Translations under genes and position numbers: made by a program
Shown here: positions 19,197 to 28,261 of the stretch, in pieces
How positions within the stretch are numbered: position 1 is the first letter of the stretch
Layout of the letters: the number at the start of each line of letters is the position of its first letter
DNA from: Phycisphaerae bacterium
GTDB lineage: Bacteria > Planctomycetota > Phycisphaerae > SM23-33
Direction: 5' to 3'
Assembly (NCBI GenBank): GCA_016782885.1
Contig: JADHXQ010000007.1
Location: 2,313-66,312 of the forward strand
Length of the DNA: 64,000 nt
Notes under the pieces: generated by a model
Databases searched by the model: none
The model's input: only the letters and a program-made list of their open reading frames with translations
What the model was told of the DNA's origin: nothing

Positions 19197-20654
19197 TTAG
19201 CTCTCAAAATATACGCCGCCGGTCTCAAGGGCTTTTCTCAGTTCGGTATAGGGCAGGTCCCGCATGGCGCATTTTTTCGCCGCACAGAGCGCCGCGGCCG
19301 TTCCGGCGGCCTGGCCCTGGCCCATGCAGCATACAGTATTCCGCGTGGACATGTGGGCGCGATGATCGGAAGTGATCATCATCCCGGCGACCAGCAGGTT
19401 ATCGATCTTCGCTGCGCGGAGCGCCTTGTACGGAATCCCGTACGTGCCGCCGTTGGCGATCTGGTATCGCGGCGCACTGTCGTGAAAACCGTACACCATG
19501 ATGTCGTCGGCGAAGTGCCTGCCTCCGATCACGTCCTCGTGCGTTATGTCGTAGTCGCAGACAATCCGCCTCCCCCTCCGGATGCAGAGAGTAGGGCTGG
19601 TCCGGGCAATGAACGCCTTCTCGCATCCCGGGACGAATTTCCGCAGGACCTGTATAGCTTTGGCCTGTCGCTTCCGCAGTTCCAGCTCCGTCCTGGTCAC
19701 CGCGTCCCGGTCCGTCGGTTTGCCCGGTATCCGACAGTTCAGCTTGATGAACATGAAATAGTCGTCATGCACGGTTGTGATAACGACCGACATTCCGATT
19801 TTCCCAGCCGCCGCCCTGAACTCAGCGGGCAGCTTTCGCCCGTTGGCGTGCAGTCTGACGATCTTCCCGGGTTTACCGCTGCGCATACCCTCGCTGTACT
19901 CCTTTAAGGCGCCGGACGACTTGAGGAACTCGTGGTATTTCTCGACGCTCACATTGGCCACGCCGATGCTGTTGGCCACCGAGTAGTCATTCGGCTCGGT
20001 GTATTCCGCCCCGGCCCGTGCAGCCAGATCGCCGATCGCCGTGCAGTCGACGAACGATCCGGCGAAAATCGCTTCGCGCCCGGAGCGGCTTTCGGCGATA
20101 ACTCCCTTGATTCTCGAACCGTCCCTGATTGCATCGACCAGCATGGTCCCCACACACACGTGTACTCCGGACTCGACAAGCATCTCGAACGTAACCAGCT
20201 TGTACATTTCGGTGTCTATCGCGGTACACATCGAATCGTAGTTGAACCCCTTTGTCATCTCGGCGTGCCCGGTGGTGGCGCCGACCTTCGCGAGGCGGTC
20301 GATGATCTCCTGGGCGATCCCCTTGACGACCTGGCGTTTTTTTGCGTTTGGGAAAGCTTTCCATAGATTGTAGAAGCTGTGCAGGGCGGTCCCGCCTTCG
20401 GTGACGGTTCCGCCGGGGTATCCCTTCTTTTCGATCAGCACGGTTTTTGCCCCCTGGCGTGCCGACGCCAGCGCCGTAACCACACCGGCCGTGCCGCCAC
20501 CGGCCACGACGACATCACACTGCTTTACGGGCAGTTTTCTCGCCGGTTCCTGGTAGTAAGCCGCGGATTTATCGCTCGATGCTCCCTGTGCGGTAGCGGC
20601 ATGGACGCCTGCCCCAAGCATAACCATAGTCGATGAGAATTCCCGTCGATTCAT
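19197..20654 (-). CDS. Tat-exported FAD-dependent oxidoreductase (FAD_oxidored family)
   Basis: NRREF twin-Arg; DVVVAGGGTAG, FVDCTAIGDLAARAGA, YGIPYKAL, MGQGQAAGTAAAL. Confidence 0.88.
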   Translation of the reverse strand: MNRREFSSTMVMLGAGVHAATAQGASSDKSAAYYQEPARKLPVKQCDVVVAGGGTAGVVTALASARQGAKTVLIEKKGYPGGTVTEGGTALHSFYNLWKAFPNAKKRQVVKGIAQEIIDRLAKVGATTGHAEMTKGFNYDSMCTAIDTEMYKLVTFEMLVESGVHVCVGTMLVDAIRDGSRIKGVIAESRSGREAIFAGSFVDCTAIGDLAARAGAEYTEPNDYSVANSIGVANVSVEKYHEFLKSSGALKEYSEGMRSGKPGKIVRLHANGRKLPAEFRAAAGKIGMSVVITTVHDDYFMFIKLNCRIPGKPTDRDAVTRTELELRKRQAKAIQVLRKFVPGCEKAFIARTSPTLCIRRGRRIVCDYDITHEDVIGGRHFADDIMVYGFHDSAPRYQIANGGTYGIPYKALRAAKIDNLLVAGMMITSDHRAHMSTRNTVCCMGQGQAAGTAAALCAAKKCAMRDLPYTELRKALETGGVYFES

Positions 20655-20672
20655 AGTGTTCTCCTTTACGAT

Positions 20673-22118
20673 TCAATCTACAGACAAAACGCGCAGCGCC
20701 ACGTCGTTCGCGAATTCCGGCGACTTCAATATCGCATGACCGCCCTTGTGTGCGATCTCCTCGAACTGAATCGTCTTGCCCGTTTTGACGTTCACCCATT
20801 CGATGCGATATCGTCCGGCCGGGAGATCCAACACGAGTGTTGTCTTGACACGATCCTTCAGATAGTCGCGAATGTTCTTGGGCTTCTTTGGCAGCGGCAC
20901 GCGAATGTATATCGCATACGCCCTGCCCCGCCTCGCCAGCACGCGCGCCGACAGGCCGCCCGAAACGCTCTTGACGATCGAATTATCCGGCCTCATCCGA
21001 ACGAAATCAAAACTGTAGAGGAACTCCTTGAGGACGCGCAACTGCTTCCGCAGCGCCGGGCTTCCGCCACCGGGCGACTTGTAATTCAGCAGCGTCCCGC
21101 CGGGGTGTTTGGGGGTAAACGAGTAGTCGAGATTGTTGTACAGCCCCCCGCCGGCCAACAGGAAATCCCAGCCCTCGCTTCGATACAGGAAATTGTGACT
21201 TCCGCGGAAGCCCGTCTCGTTCTCTCCGATCACCTTTCCGAGCCCGTAGTTCATCGCCACCGTGTCCGGCGGAACGCAATAGTGGAAGTTGAATATCGAT
21301 ACTCCTTTGTGCGGTTTGACGACCTTCTTCTTGCCGTTGGCGATGTTCATCGAGATAAGATGCTTCTTGGGCAGATCGGCTTCCGTCCGGACAATCGTGT
21401 CGACAATGCGATTCTGCCACTCGACCGTCACGCCGCCGAAGTACGACTCGTTGCAGACTTCAAAGTAGAGGTTGTCGAACCCATTCAGTTCGGCGACTAT
21501 CTTCTTCGTGAAGCCCACCTGCAACTCGACCAGTCGCTTGTGCTTGAGGGTAAGCACTTCGGTGCGGCGGCACTTGCCGACTCCGTTAACGTTGTTGGCC
21601 GCATTCATCGGCGAGGCCCGCCACAACTCGTCGCGATAGAGAGGGCAGAACAACGTCATTTCCACAACGATACCGGCCTTGTCGGCGGCGGCCATGAGTT
21701 TCTTCAGGCGGGCGAAGTAGTTTGTATCCCACTTGGTCAGGTCGAATCTGTTGCCTCCGTCCGAACTGCCCTTAGTCCCGCTCCTGGCCCAGGGGCAAAT
21801 ATATCGCCCCGGTTTCGGCGCCAAAGGGTTATCGGTAATGCCAAACGAACCGGGCACCTCCCGGTACGTGCCGGAGAACACGCGGGTGTGGTTCAGCCTG
21901 TCCGCCCCCAGCGTCCGGAAGTAGCGAGCGTAGTCGAAATCGAGATTCAGCAGCGCCCCGTAATGCTCGCCCGAAGTTATCAGTATCGTCGGCTTGTCGC
22001 GCCAGAGAAAATAGTGCCCGTTATCCGGGTGCAGCATGATCGGCCTGCCCGCCTCGGCCGCCTCGAGCCCGCAAGCCAGCAGAGCACACATGATTCCAAC
22101 GTTCAGAGACTGCTTCAT
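20673..22118 (-). CDS. Secreted clan GH-A glycoside hydrolase-like protein (GH5/DUF4038-like) with C-terminal beta domain
   Basis: Signal peptide; FDLTKWDTNYFARLK, YFEVCNE (acid/base), FNFHY, IGENETGF (nucleophile); LPAGRYRIEWVNVKTG tail. Confidence 0.62.
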   Translation of the reverse strand: MKQSLNVGIMCALLACGLEAAEAGRPIMLHPDNGHYFLWRDKPTILITSGEHYGALLNLDFDYARYFRTLGADRLNHTRVFSGTYREVPGSFGITDNPLAPKPGRYICPWARSGTKGSSDGGNRFDLTKWDTNYFARLKKLMAAADKAGIVVEMTLFCPLYRDELWRASPMNAANNVNGVGKCRRTEVLTLKHKRLVELQVGFTKKIVAELNGFDNLYFEVCNESYFGGVTVEWQNRIVDTIVRTEADLPKKHLISMNIANGKKKVVKPHKGVSIFNFHYCVPPDTVAMNYGLGKVIGENETGFRGSHNFLYRSEGWDFLLAGGGLYNNLDYSFTPKHPGGTLLNYKSPGGGSPALRKQLRVLKEFLYSFDFVRMRPDNSIVKSVSGGLSARVLARRGRAYAIYIRVPLPKKPKNIRDYLKDRVKTTLVLDLPAGRYRIEWVNVKTGKTIQFEEIAHKGGHAILKSPEFANDVALRVLSVD

Positions 22119-22154
22119 AGCGTAAACCTTTTCATACAAAGAAAGTGCATCAGC

Positions 22155-22251
22155 CGTGATTCAAGTACTAAAATAGACTATCACGCCCGCCATGGAAAGG
22201 ACTCATATCATGTCGCCAAAGAGCATTCTTGCAGCTATCGCAGTCTCGCTG
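22155..22251 (+). repeat. Diverged direct repeat, copy 1: orphan upstream region and 5' end of the PHP gene
   Basis: Ungapped match to 26471-26567 with about 19 mismatches in 97 nt by hand count; encodes MERTHIMSPKSILAAIAVSL versus MERNHLIVPKCILAGIAVSL. Confidence 0.88.
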
Positions 22252-22326
22252 ATTAAGTTTATGGGGAGGTTTTGCGAGAACCTCCCATTCCGGGGGACAA
22301 GTTCCGGGAATCCCTCCTTCCCCCGT

Positions 22327-22386
22327 AGCTAACGTCTAAGCTCTGCGGCGCGGTCTTTACGCGTCCGCTGGAGCGTCTTGTTATGC
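22327..22386 (-). mobile_element. Integron attC site (60 bp)
   Basis: Minus strand GCATAAC-AAGAC-GCTCCAGC-GGACGCG-TAAAGAC-CGCGCC-GCAGAGC-TTAGAC-GTTAGCT: R''/L''/L'/R' boxes, 5- and 6-nt spacers, two extrahelical bases. Confidence 0.92.
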
Positions 22387-22561
22387 TATTTAATCTGCAC
22401 TCAGTATCGCACGCTGCGGTCGGTTGTGTCAACTGCGGGTGGTGGTCGCCAAATAATCGTCTATCTAGCCCATCCAAACTGCGTGATCTCCCTGAACCAA
22501 CACACCTTTGACGGGCGTGGCAAGCCCAAGGATTCAGGACCGACCCCCAGTTTTCCCCAAT

Positions 22562-25285
22562 CTACTTTTCTTTCAACTTCTTTAGGAATAGATCCTTTGG
22601 CAGGTCATTGATTTCGCATGAGTCAGGCAGTTTCTCCAGAATCCCCACTAACTGGCGATCTGTCGGGTCGACTGTCAGTTTCAACTTACAGAATTTCGGC
22701 AATCGTAACAACTCTGCGGGATCCAGTTTGGTGTGGCGGATTTCGAGTGTTTCCAGGTTAGTCAGATCCGGAGGCAGCACCTTTATAGAGGTGTTGTTGA
22801 TCTTCAATTCCCTTAAAATACTACCCTTGATTCCAGAAAGGTCTGTGACCTTTGTTGATGATAAATCCAAGCGATGATAGCTTCGATCGGCAAGAGCAGC
22901 CAGGTCGGTGTCCGTAATCGCTATGCCGGCCAGGCCGAGGCTACCGAGGTTCGGTTGAGATGCAATAAACTCCAGAACGGCTTTCTTGGCAACGGCTGTG
23001 CCGCCGATTCCATTGGATATGTCAAGGCCCCAAAGCTTTGGCATCTCTTTCAGCGGCGTCAGGTCGGTCACTTTTGTATTGGATATGTCAAGCTCATTAA
23101 GAAAGTACATCCCTTTCAGCGGCGTCAGGTCGATCACTCCTGTATTGGATATGCCAAGCATCTGAAAATTGGACATCCCTTTCAGCGGCGTCAGGTCGGT
23201 CACTCCTGTATTCTGAAGGGAAAGCGACTCTATATGCGGCAGCTCTTTCAGCGGCGCCAGGTCGGTTACTCTTGTATTCTGAAGGTAAAGACCTTCAAGA
23301 TCGCGCAGCCCTTTCAGCGGCGTCAGGTCGGCCACTCCTGTTTCCTGAAGATCAAGCCACATTAGATATCGCATCCCGCTCAGCGGCGTCAGGTCGGTCA
23401 CTTTTGTATTGGATATGTCAAGGCCCGCAAGATAGGGCAGCCCTTTCAGCAGCGTCAGCAGCGTCGGGTCGGTCAGTCCTGTATTCTGAAGGTAAAGGTA
23501 CCTTAGCTTTGGCAGCCCTTTCAGCGGCGTCAGGTCGGTTGCTTTTGTATTGGATATGTCAAGCGACCAAAGCTTCGGCAGCCCTTTCAGCGGTGTCAGG
23601 TCGGCCACTGTTGTATTGGATATGTCAAGCTTATCAAGATTGGGCAGCCCTTTCAGCGGCGTCAGGTCGGTCACTCGTGTATTGGATATGTCAAGCACGT
23701 GAAGATAGCGCATTCCTTTCAGCGGCGTCAGGTCGGTCGCTCCTGTATTGGATATGTCAAGGTTATAAAGATCGGACATCCCTTTCAGCGGCGTCAGGTC
23801 GGTCACTCCCGTATTCTGAAGGTGAAGCTGCCTTAGATGCCGCAGCCCTTTCAGTGGCGTCAGGTCGGCCACTTTTGTATTTTGAAGGTAAAGATCCCTA
23901 AGCCCTGGCAGCCCTTCCAGCGGCGTCAGGTCAGTCACTTTTGTATTTTGAAGGTAAAGATCCCTTAGATTTGGCAGCCCCTTCAGCGGCGTCAGGTCGG
24001 CCACCATTCTATTTTGAAGGTAAAGATCCCTAAGCCGTAGCATCCCTTTCAGCGGCGTCAGGTCGGTCACTTTTGTATTGTGAAGGTAAAGATCCTGAAG
24101 ATTTGGCATCCCTTTCAGCGGCGTCAGGTCGGCCACTCTTGTATTTTGAAGGTAAAGATCCTGAAGATTTGGCAGCCCTTTCAGCGGCGTCAGGTCGGTC
24201 ACTCCTGTATTCTGAAGATAAAGCCTCCGTAGGTTTGGCATCCCTTTCAGCTGCGGCAGGTCGGTCACTCCTGCTTCCTGAAGATCAAGAGAACTAAGTT
24301 GAGGCAGCCCTTGCAGGCTGGTCAATTTTGTATTCTGAAGGTGAAGATCCCTAAGCCTTGGCAGCCCTTGCAGGCTGGTCACTTTTGTATTCTGAAGGTA
24401 AAGCCTCTCTAGTTTTGGCGCCTCTTTCAGCGGCGTCAGGTCGGTCACTTCTGTATTCTCAAGATAAAGCCTCTTTAGGTTTGGCAGTCCTTTCAGCGGC
24501 GTCAGGTCGGTTACTTTTGTATCCTCAAGGACAAGACTCTCTAGTTTTGGCAGCCCTTTCAGCGGCGTCAGGTCGGTCACTAAAGTATAATTGAGGTGGA
24601 GCGATTCCAGATTCGCCAGTGTCCCGAGACCGGTGATGTTTGTCCAAGACCCCGTTAGTGTCAGTGCTTCTGGTTCAAGAGTGAGAATCAGGTTAATTGC
24701 TCCTGTCCTGTTCTTTGGTGTGATTGGATCATCCAGAAGAAGAAGAGACAGTTCAACGATGGGCTTAACCCGTAACTCCGTGAGTTGGTCCGGCCGCCCC
24801 ATGAATCCCAAGTCTTCGAATTCTTTTTCATAGCACCTGGAGCATTCATCGATGTCGGTGGTCCACCCTTTGTCTGGAAGCCGCCACCTTCCCTTCATAA
24901 ATATGATGAGCTTCCGCAAGGACATCTTAACCTCGCCGTTGGCGTTTCGGGCATTTTCTTTGGTCAGCTCAGGAATATCCCGCTTCCGTACAAACGTATC
25001 CCGAAGCTCGGCATAGGCGGCCTGCCGATTTTCGAGTGATTCGTCAGCGAGTTGCTTAATAAGGGCTTGAACCCTTGCCTTCCGTTCGGGCTCATCAACC
25101 GTGACTGCAGGCGGCGTGACTACAGGGGCGGGCTTTGTAGCGGGCGTGGGTTTTGTCGGTTCTTCCGGCGTCTCGGGCTGCTCTTCGTTCGGGGAGCTAC
25201 ATCCGCACAAGAAAGCAGACAGCATGACAACCACGCAACCTATCGTCAACGTCACTCCCCGCAATTTCTTTATATTCTCAATCAT
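22562..25285 (-). CDS. Leucine-rich-repeat lipoprotein (internalin-like 22-aa LRRs)
   Basis: Lipobox FLCGC; Pro/Glu/Thr linker; 24 TDLTPLKGLPxLxxLxLxNTxV repeats; AAAGGA RBS; lower GC than the flanks. Confidence 0.93.
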   Translation of the reverse strand: MIENIKKLRGVTLTIGCVVVMLSAFLCGCSSPNEEQPETPEEPTKPTPATKPAPVVTPPAVTVDEPERKARVQALIKQLADESLENRQAAYAELRDTFVRKRDIPELTKENARNANGEVKMSLRKLIIFMKGRWRLPDKGWTTDIDECSRCYEKEFEDLGFMGRPDQLTELRVKPIVELSLLLLDDPITPKNRTGAINLILTLEPEALTLTGSWTNITGLGTLANLESLHLNYTLVTDLTPLKGLPKLESLVLEDTKVTDLTPLKGLPNLKRLYLENTEVTDLTPLKEAPKLERLYLQNTKVTSLQGLPRLRDLHLQNTKLTSLQGLPQLSSLDLQEAGVTDLPQLKGMPNLRRLYLQNTGVTDLTPLKGLPNLQDLYLQNTRVADLTPLKGMPNLQDLYLHNTKVTDLTPLKGMLRLRDLYLQNRMVADLTPLKGLPNLRDLYLQNTKVTDLTPLEGLPGLRDLYLQNTKVADLTPLKGLRHLRQLHLQNTGVTDLTPLKGMSDLYNLDISNTGATDLTPLKGMRYLHVLDISNTRVTDLTPLKGLPNLDKLDISNTTVADLTPLKGLPKLWSLDISNTKATDLTPLKGLPKLRYLYLQNTGLTDPTLLTLLKGLPYLAGLDISNTKVTDLTPLSGMRYLMWLDLQETGVADLTPLKGLRDLEGLYLQNTRVTDLAPLKELPHIESLSLQNTGVTDLTPLKGMSNFQMLGISNTGVIDLTPLKGMYFLNELDISNTKVTDLTPLKEMPKLWGLDISNGIGGTAVAKKAVLEFIASQPNLGSLGLAGIAITDTDLAALADRSYHRLDLSSTKVTDLSGIKGSILRELKINNTSIKVLPPDLTNLETLEIRHTKLDPAELLRLPKFCKLKLTVDPTDRQLVGILEKLPDSCEINDLPKDLFLKKLKEK
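23009..24577 (-). repeat. About 24 x 66-bp coding tandem repeat (LRR array)
   Basis: Near-invariant cctttcagcggcgtcaggtcgg core every 66 bp; two 57-bp units and one 75-bp unit. Confidence 0.95.
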
Positions 25286-25295
25286 TTTGTCCTTT

Positions 25296-25315
25296 GCATA
25301 ACAACTTAGTCTGGC
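25296..25315 (-). mobile_element. Integron attI site
   Basis: Minus strand GCCAGACTAAGTT-GTTATGC, between the divergent intI and the first cassette; no attC-type hairpin upstream. Confidence 0.75.
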
Positions 25316-25520
25316 TCATGATCGCTGGCGCAGGGTTTCTGTGTACTTTCGGGGCCTTTTCCCTGTCCGAAACTTGCCAGTTCGCAGCTTCTCATAACCC
25401 CGTCCCCTTATTTATAGATGCTCATTCCAGCTATAACAAGCACAAAATAGAATAGTTAGGGATGAACCCTCTCTGTTTCGGGCAATTTCCGGCACTACGC
25501 AACTGAGACAGAAAAATAAC

Positions 25521-25549
25521 TTGTTTGTTAGGTCTTTGTACGGTACAAT
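25521..25549 (+). promoter_or_regulatory. Putative Pint promoter with overlapping palindrome
   Basis: TTGTTT-N17-TACAAT; palindrome TTGTAC-G-GTACAA (25536-25548) covers the -10. Confidence 0.55.
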
Positions 25550-25598
25550 ACCTTATGTCTCATGATCAGTGGCACGAGATTCCAATAAGCGGTGCGGC

Positions 25599-26402
25599 AT
25601 GAACAAACTGGACAAGATCCTGGACGAGTATCACAAGTACCTTATGTTTCGCAAATTATGCAAAGCCGAGCATGCTCCGTACCTCGTCCGCTGGGCCAAG
25701 CAATTCCTCCGGTTCGCAAAGGGCAAGACCGGCCACAAATTCGAGACAGTGATCGAAATGTTCAGGTGTCACCTGGAGCAGAATCCGAGGATCACGGACT
25801 GGCAGATACGCCAGGCAATTGATGCTGTGATCATCTACAAGCACCAGTTCAGGCAGAGCCAGTTTCCCGACGCCCCTTCGTCCGGCTTGGGGCTGGATGC
25901 TAAGGCGACCCTGGAAAAGGCCAGACAGTTTGCATCCCTCAAGAGGTACGCCAGATCGACCCGCAAGACTTATCTAGCGTGGATACGCCGATTTCTCCAT
26001 TGGCTCAGCCAGTCGGGCGTGGACCGCAAGCCCACGGATGAAGACATCAAAGGTTTCCTGACTCGTCTTGCGATGAAAGAGGGCCGTTCCGCATCGGCGC
26101 AGAATCAGGCGTTCTCCGCGCTGCTGTTCCTGTGTCGCAATGTCATAGACGTCGATCTGCATGATATGTCGAAGAATGTCAGGGCAAAGAGGTACAGGCC
26201 GTTGCCAACGGTCCTGTCACCCGACGAGGTCAGAAGGATCATCGACAATGCTGAACCGAAGTACCGGCTCATGGTCAGGCTGATTTACGGAACGGGCATG
26301 AGGAAGATGGAACTGCTGAGATTGCGCGTCAAGGATGTCAACTTCGAATACGCCAACATCTTCGTCCGGGACGGCAAGGGCAATAAGGACCGGGCCGTAA
26401 CA
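25599..26402 (+). pseudogene. intI: Integron integrase, C-terminally truncated
   Basis: SASAQNQAFSALLFL, RAKRYRPLPTVLS, LIYGTGMR..ELLRLRVKD and VRDGKGNKDR, then homology stops. The HxxR/H/Y catalytic residues and the IntI patch are absent; the ORF runs on to a stop at 26492. Confidence 0.9.
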
Positions 26403-26470
26403 TACTGCTTCCCCATCACCGCACACAACCGACGCTCGCCAGTCTCCCGCTCGGATCAGTATCAGTCAAG

Positions 26471-26567
26471 CGTGACTCATATACCAGAATAGACTATCAT
26501 ACCCGCCATGGAAAGGAACCATCTCATAGTGCCAAAATGTATTCTCGCCGGTATCGCAGTCTCGCTG
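26471..26567 (+). repeat. Diverged direct repeat, copy 2 (start of the intact PHP gene)
   Basis: Matches 22155-22251 at offset 4316. Confidence 0.88.
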
Positions 26568-27353
26568 TGCTTTTGCGGATGCGCCGCCGACAGCGGAACC
26601 ATCGAGCTTGTCGATTATCACGTTCATCTCAAAGGCGGTTTGACTCTTCCCGAAGCCATCGCAATGTCGAAAGAAAACGGTATCAAGTACGGCATCGCGC
26701 CTAATTGCGGGCTGGGATTCCCCGTGACCGACGACAAGGGCCTGCGCGAGTATGTCGCCGGCGTGAAGGGCAAGGGCGTCTACGTCGGCATGCAGGCCGA
26801 AGGCAGGGAATGGGTGACGCTGTTCTCGCCCGAAGCCATCGCCGAGTTTGACTACGTATTCTCTGACGCCCTTACCTGGCGCGACCACAAGGGCAGGCGC
26901 ATGCGCCTGTGGGTGCAGAAGGAAGTGGTCATCGACGACAAGCAGCAGTTTATGGACATGTACGTCGACCGGATCGTCTGGATCATCGACAACGAACCGA
27001 TCGACATCTTCGTCAACCCTACGTTTCTTCCGAAGGCGATCGCCGGAGAATACGACAGCCTCTGGACCGAGCCCCGGATGAAGCGCGTTGTCGACGCGGC
27101 CGCCAAGAACGGCGTCGCCATTGAGATCAATGCCAAACTCAAGCTGCCGAAGGAAGCATTCATAAAGAAAGCAAAAGCGGCGGGCGTGAAGTTCGCCTTC
27201 GGGACGAACAACGGCAACCGAAATCTGGGCAAACTGGAATATTGCCGGGCAATGATCGCCAAATGCGGGCTGACTCCCCGGAACATGTTCACGCCGAAAG
27301 GCGACGGCAAGAAAGCCATTCAACTCAAGAAGCTGCCTAAACTGAAGTACTGA
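26508..27353 (+). CDS. PHP-domain metallo-hydrolase-like lipoprotein
   Basis: Lipobox FCGC; DYHVH; AAAKNGVAIEIN; GVKFAFGTN. Confidence 0.72.
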   Translation: MERNHLIVPKCILAGIAVSLCFCGCAADSGTIELVDYHVHLKGGLTLPEAIAMSKENGIKYGIAPNCGLGFPVTDDKGLREYVAGVKGKGVYVGMQAEGREWVTLFSPEAIAEFDYVFSDALTWRDHKGRRMRLWVQKEVVIDDKQQFMDMYVDRIVWIIDNEPIDIFVNPTFLPKAIAGEYDSLWTEPRMKRVVDAAAKNGVAIEINAKLKLPKEAFIKKAKAAGVKFAFGTNNGNRNLGKLEYCRAMIAKCGLTPRNMFTPKGDGKKAIQLKKLPKLKY

Positions 27354-27373
27354 CACATTTGGGAGACACGAAA

Positions 27374-28261
27374 ATGGAACGACGAGATATTCTGAAAGGT
27401 TCGCTGGCCGCGGCGGGGATCGCTGCTCTGGGCGCCACGCCGGTAATGGGCGACAGGGCCATTAAGCCTCCGAAAGCAAAGCTGCGAATCTGCAGCCGGG
27501 AAGGATGCATACCGGGCAAAACGCTGAAGGAGAAAGTCGACAATCTGCAGAAATGGGGCGCAGCGGCCGTGGAGTTGAACGGGGGGAACCTGGCTGGGCG
27601 GAAGAAGGAGATCACCGATGCCCTGAAAGGCACGACGATCAAGGTCGGAGCCATTTGCGGCGGGTATTCCGGCGTGCTGATCTCGCCCGACAAGACTGAA
27701 CGGGACAAAGCGATATCGACACTGAAAGAAACCCTTACCGCCGCCGCCGAGTGGGGCGCAGCGGGTGTTATCGCCGTGCCCGCCTTCAATCATCACAAGC
27801 AGCTCGTCGGCAAGGAAGCCCGCGCCGCGCTGATCGAATCGCTGAAACCGATCGGCGAACACGGAGCCAAGGTCGGCGTGCCGGTGATGCTGGAGCCTCT
27901 GAACCGAAAGGAGGCGTACTTCCTGCGCCAACTGGCGGACGCCGCGTCGATCTGCCGCGACGTCGGCAACCCCGGTGCGGCGATGATGGGCGACTTCTAC
28001 CACATGTACTTCGAAGAGACCTCCGACCAGGGAGCGTTCATGTCGGGGGGCAAGTATCTCCGTCACGTGCATCTCGGCAGCATCAAGCGCAAACTGCCCG
28101 GGCAGGACGCCCGCAGCTTCGTCGACGGATTCCGGGGCCTCAAGCGAATCGGATACCAGGGATGCGTCAGCCTCGAGTGCGGATGCATCGGTAAGAAAGA
28201 GGTCGAGATTCCAAAATCCTTCCGCTTCCTCGAGAAACAGTGGGCCGAGGCCACGATATGA
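27374..28261 (+). CDS. Tat-exported sugar phosphate isomerase/epimerase (xylose-isomerase-like TIM barrel)
   Basis: ERRDIL twin-Arg; LEPLNRKE, DFYHM, RHVHL, GYQGCVSLEC. Confidence 0.88.
   Translation: MERRDILKGSLAAAGIAALGATPVMGDRAIKPPKAKLRICSREGCIPGKTLKEKVDNLQKWGAAAVELNGGNLAGRKKEITDALKGTTIKVGAICGGYSGVLISPDKTERDKAISTLKETLTAAAEWGAAGVIAVPAFNHHKQLVGKEARAALIESLKPIGEHGAKVGVPVMLEPLNRKEAYFLRQLADAASICRDVGNPGAAMMGDFYHMYFEETSDQGAFMSGGKYLRHVHLGSIKRKLPGQDARSFVDGFRGLKRIGYQGCVSLECGCIGKKEVEIPKSFRFLEKQWAEATI

Larger units (their letters stand above)
22333..25301 (-). mobile_element. Integron gene cassette (2969 bp) carrying the LRR lipoprotein
   Basis: Begins at G/TTATGC just before the RBS; this core is exactly complementary to R'' GCATAAC of the downstream attC. 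Confidence 0.85.

Noticed and set aside
22530..22560. REP-like AAAACTGGGG shared with 44586-44595
   Set aside because: Only 10 bp, with different orientation relative to genes; insufficient without genome-wide counts.
23009..24577. CRISPR-like 66-bp periodicity
   Set aside because: Units are in-frame LRR codons, the spacers resemble each other, and there are no cas genes.
23009..24577. Diversity-generating retroelement behind the LRR variation
   Set aside because: No reverse transcriptase or template repeat in the window, and I see no adenine-specific pattern.
25570..25586. Sigma54 promoter TGGCACGAG upstream of intI
   Set aside because: No GC at the -12 position.
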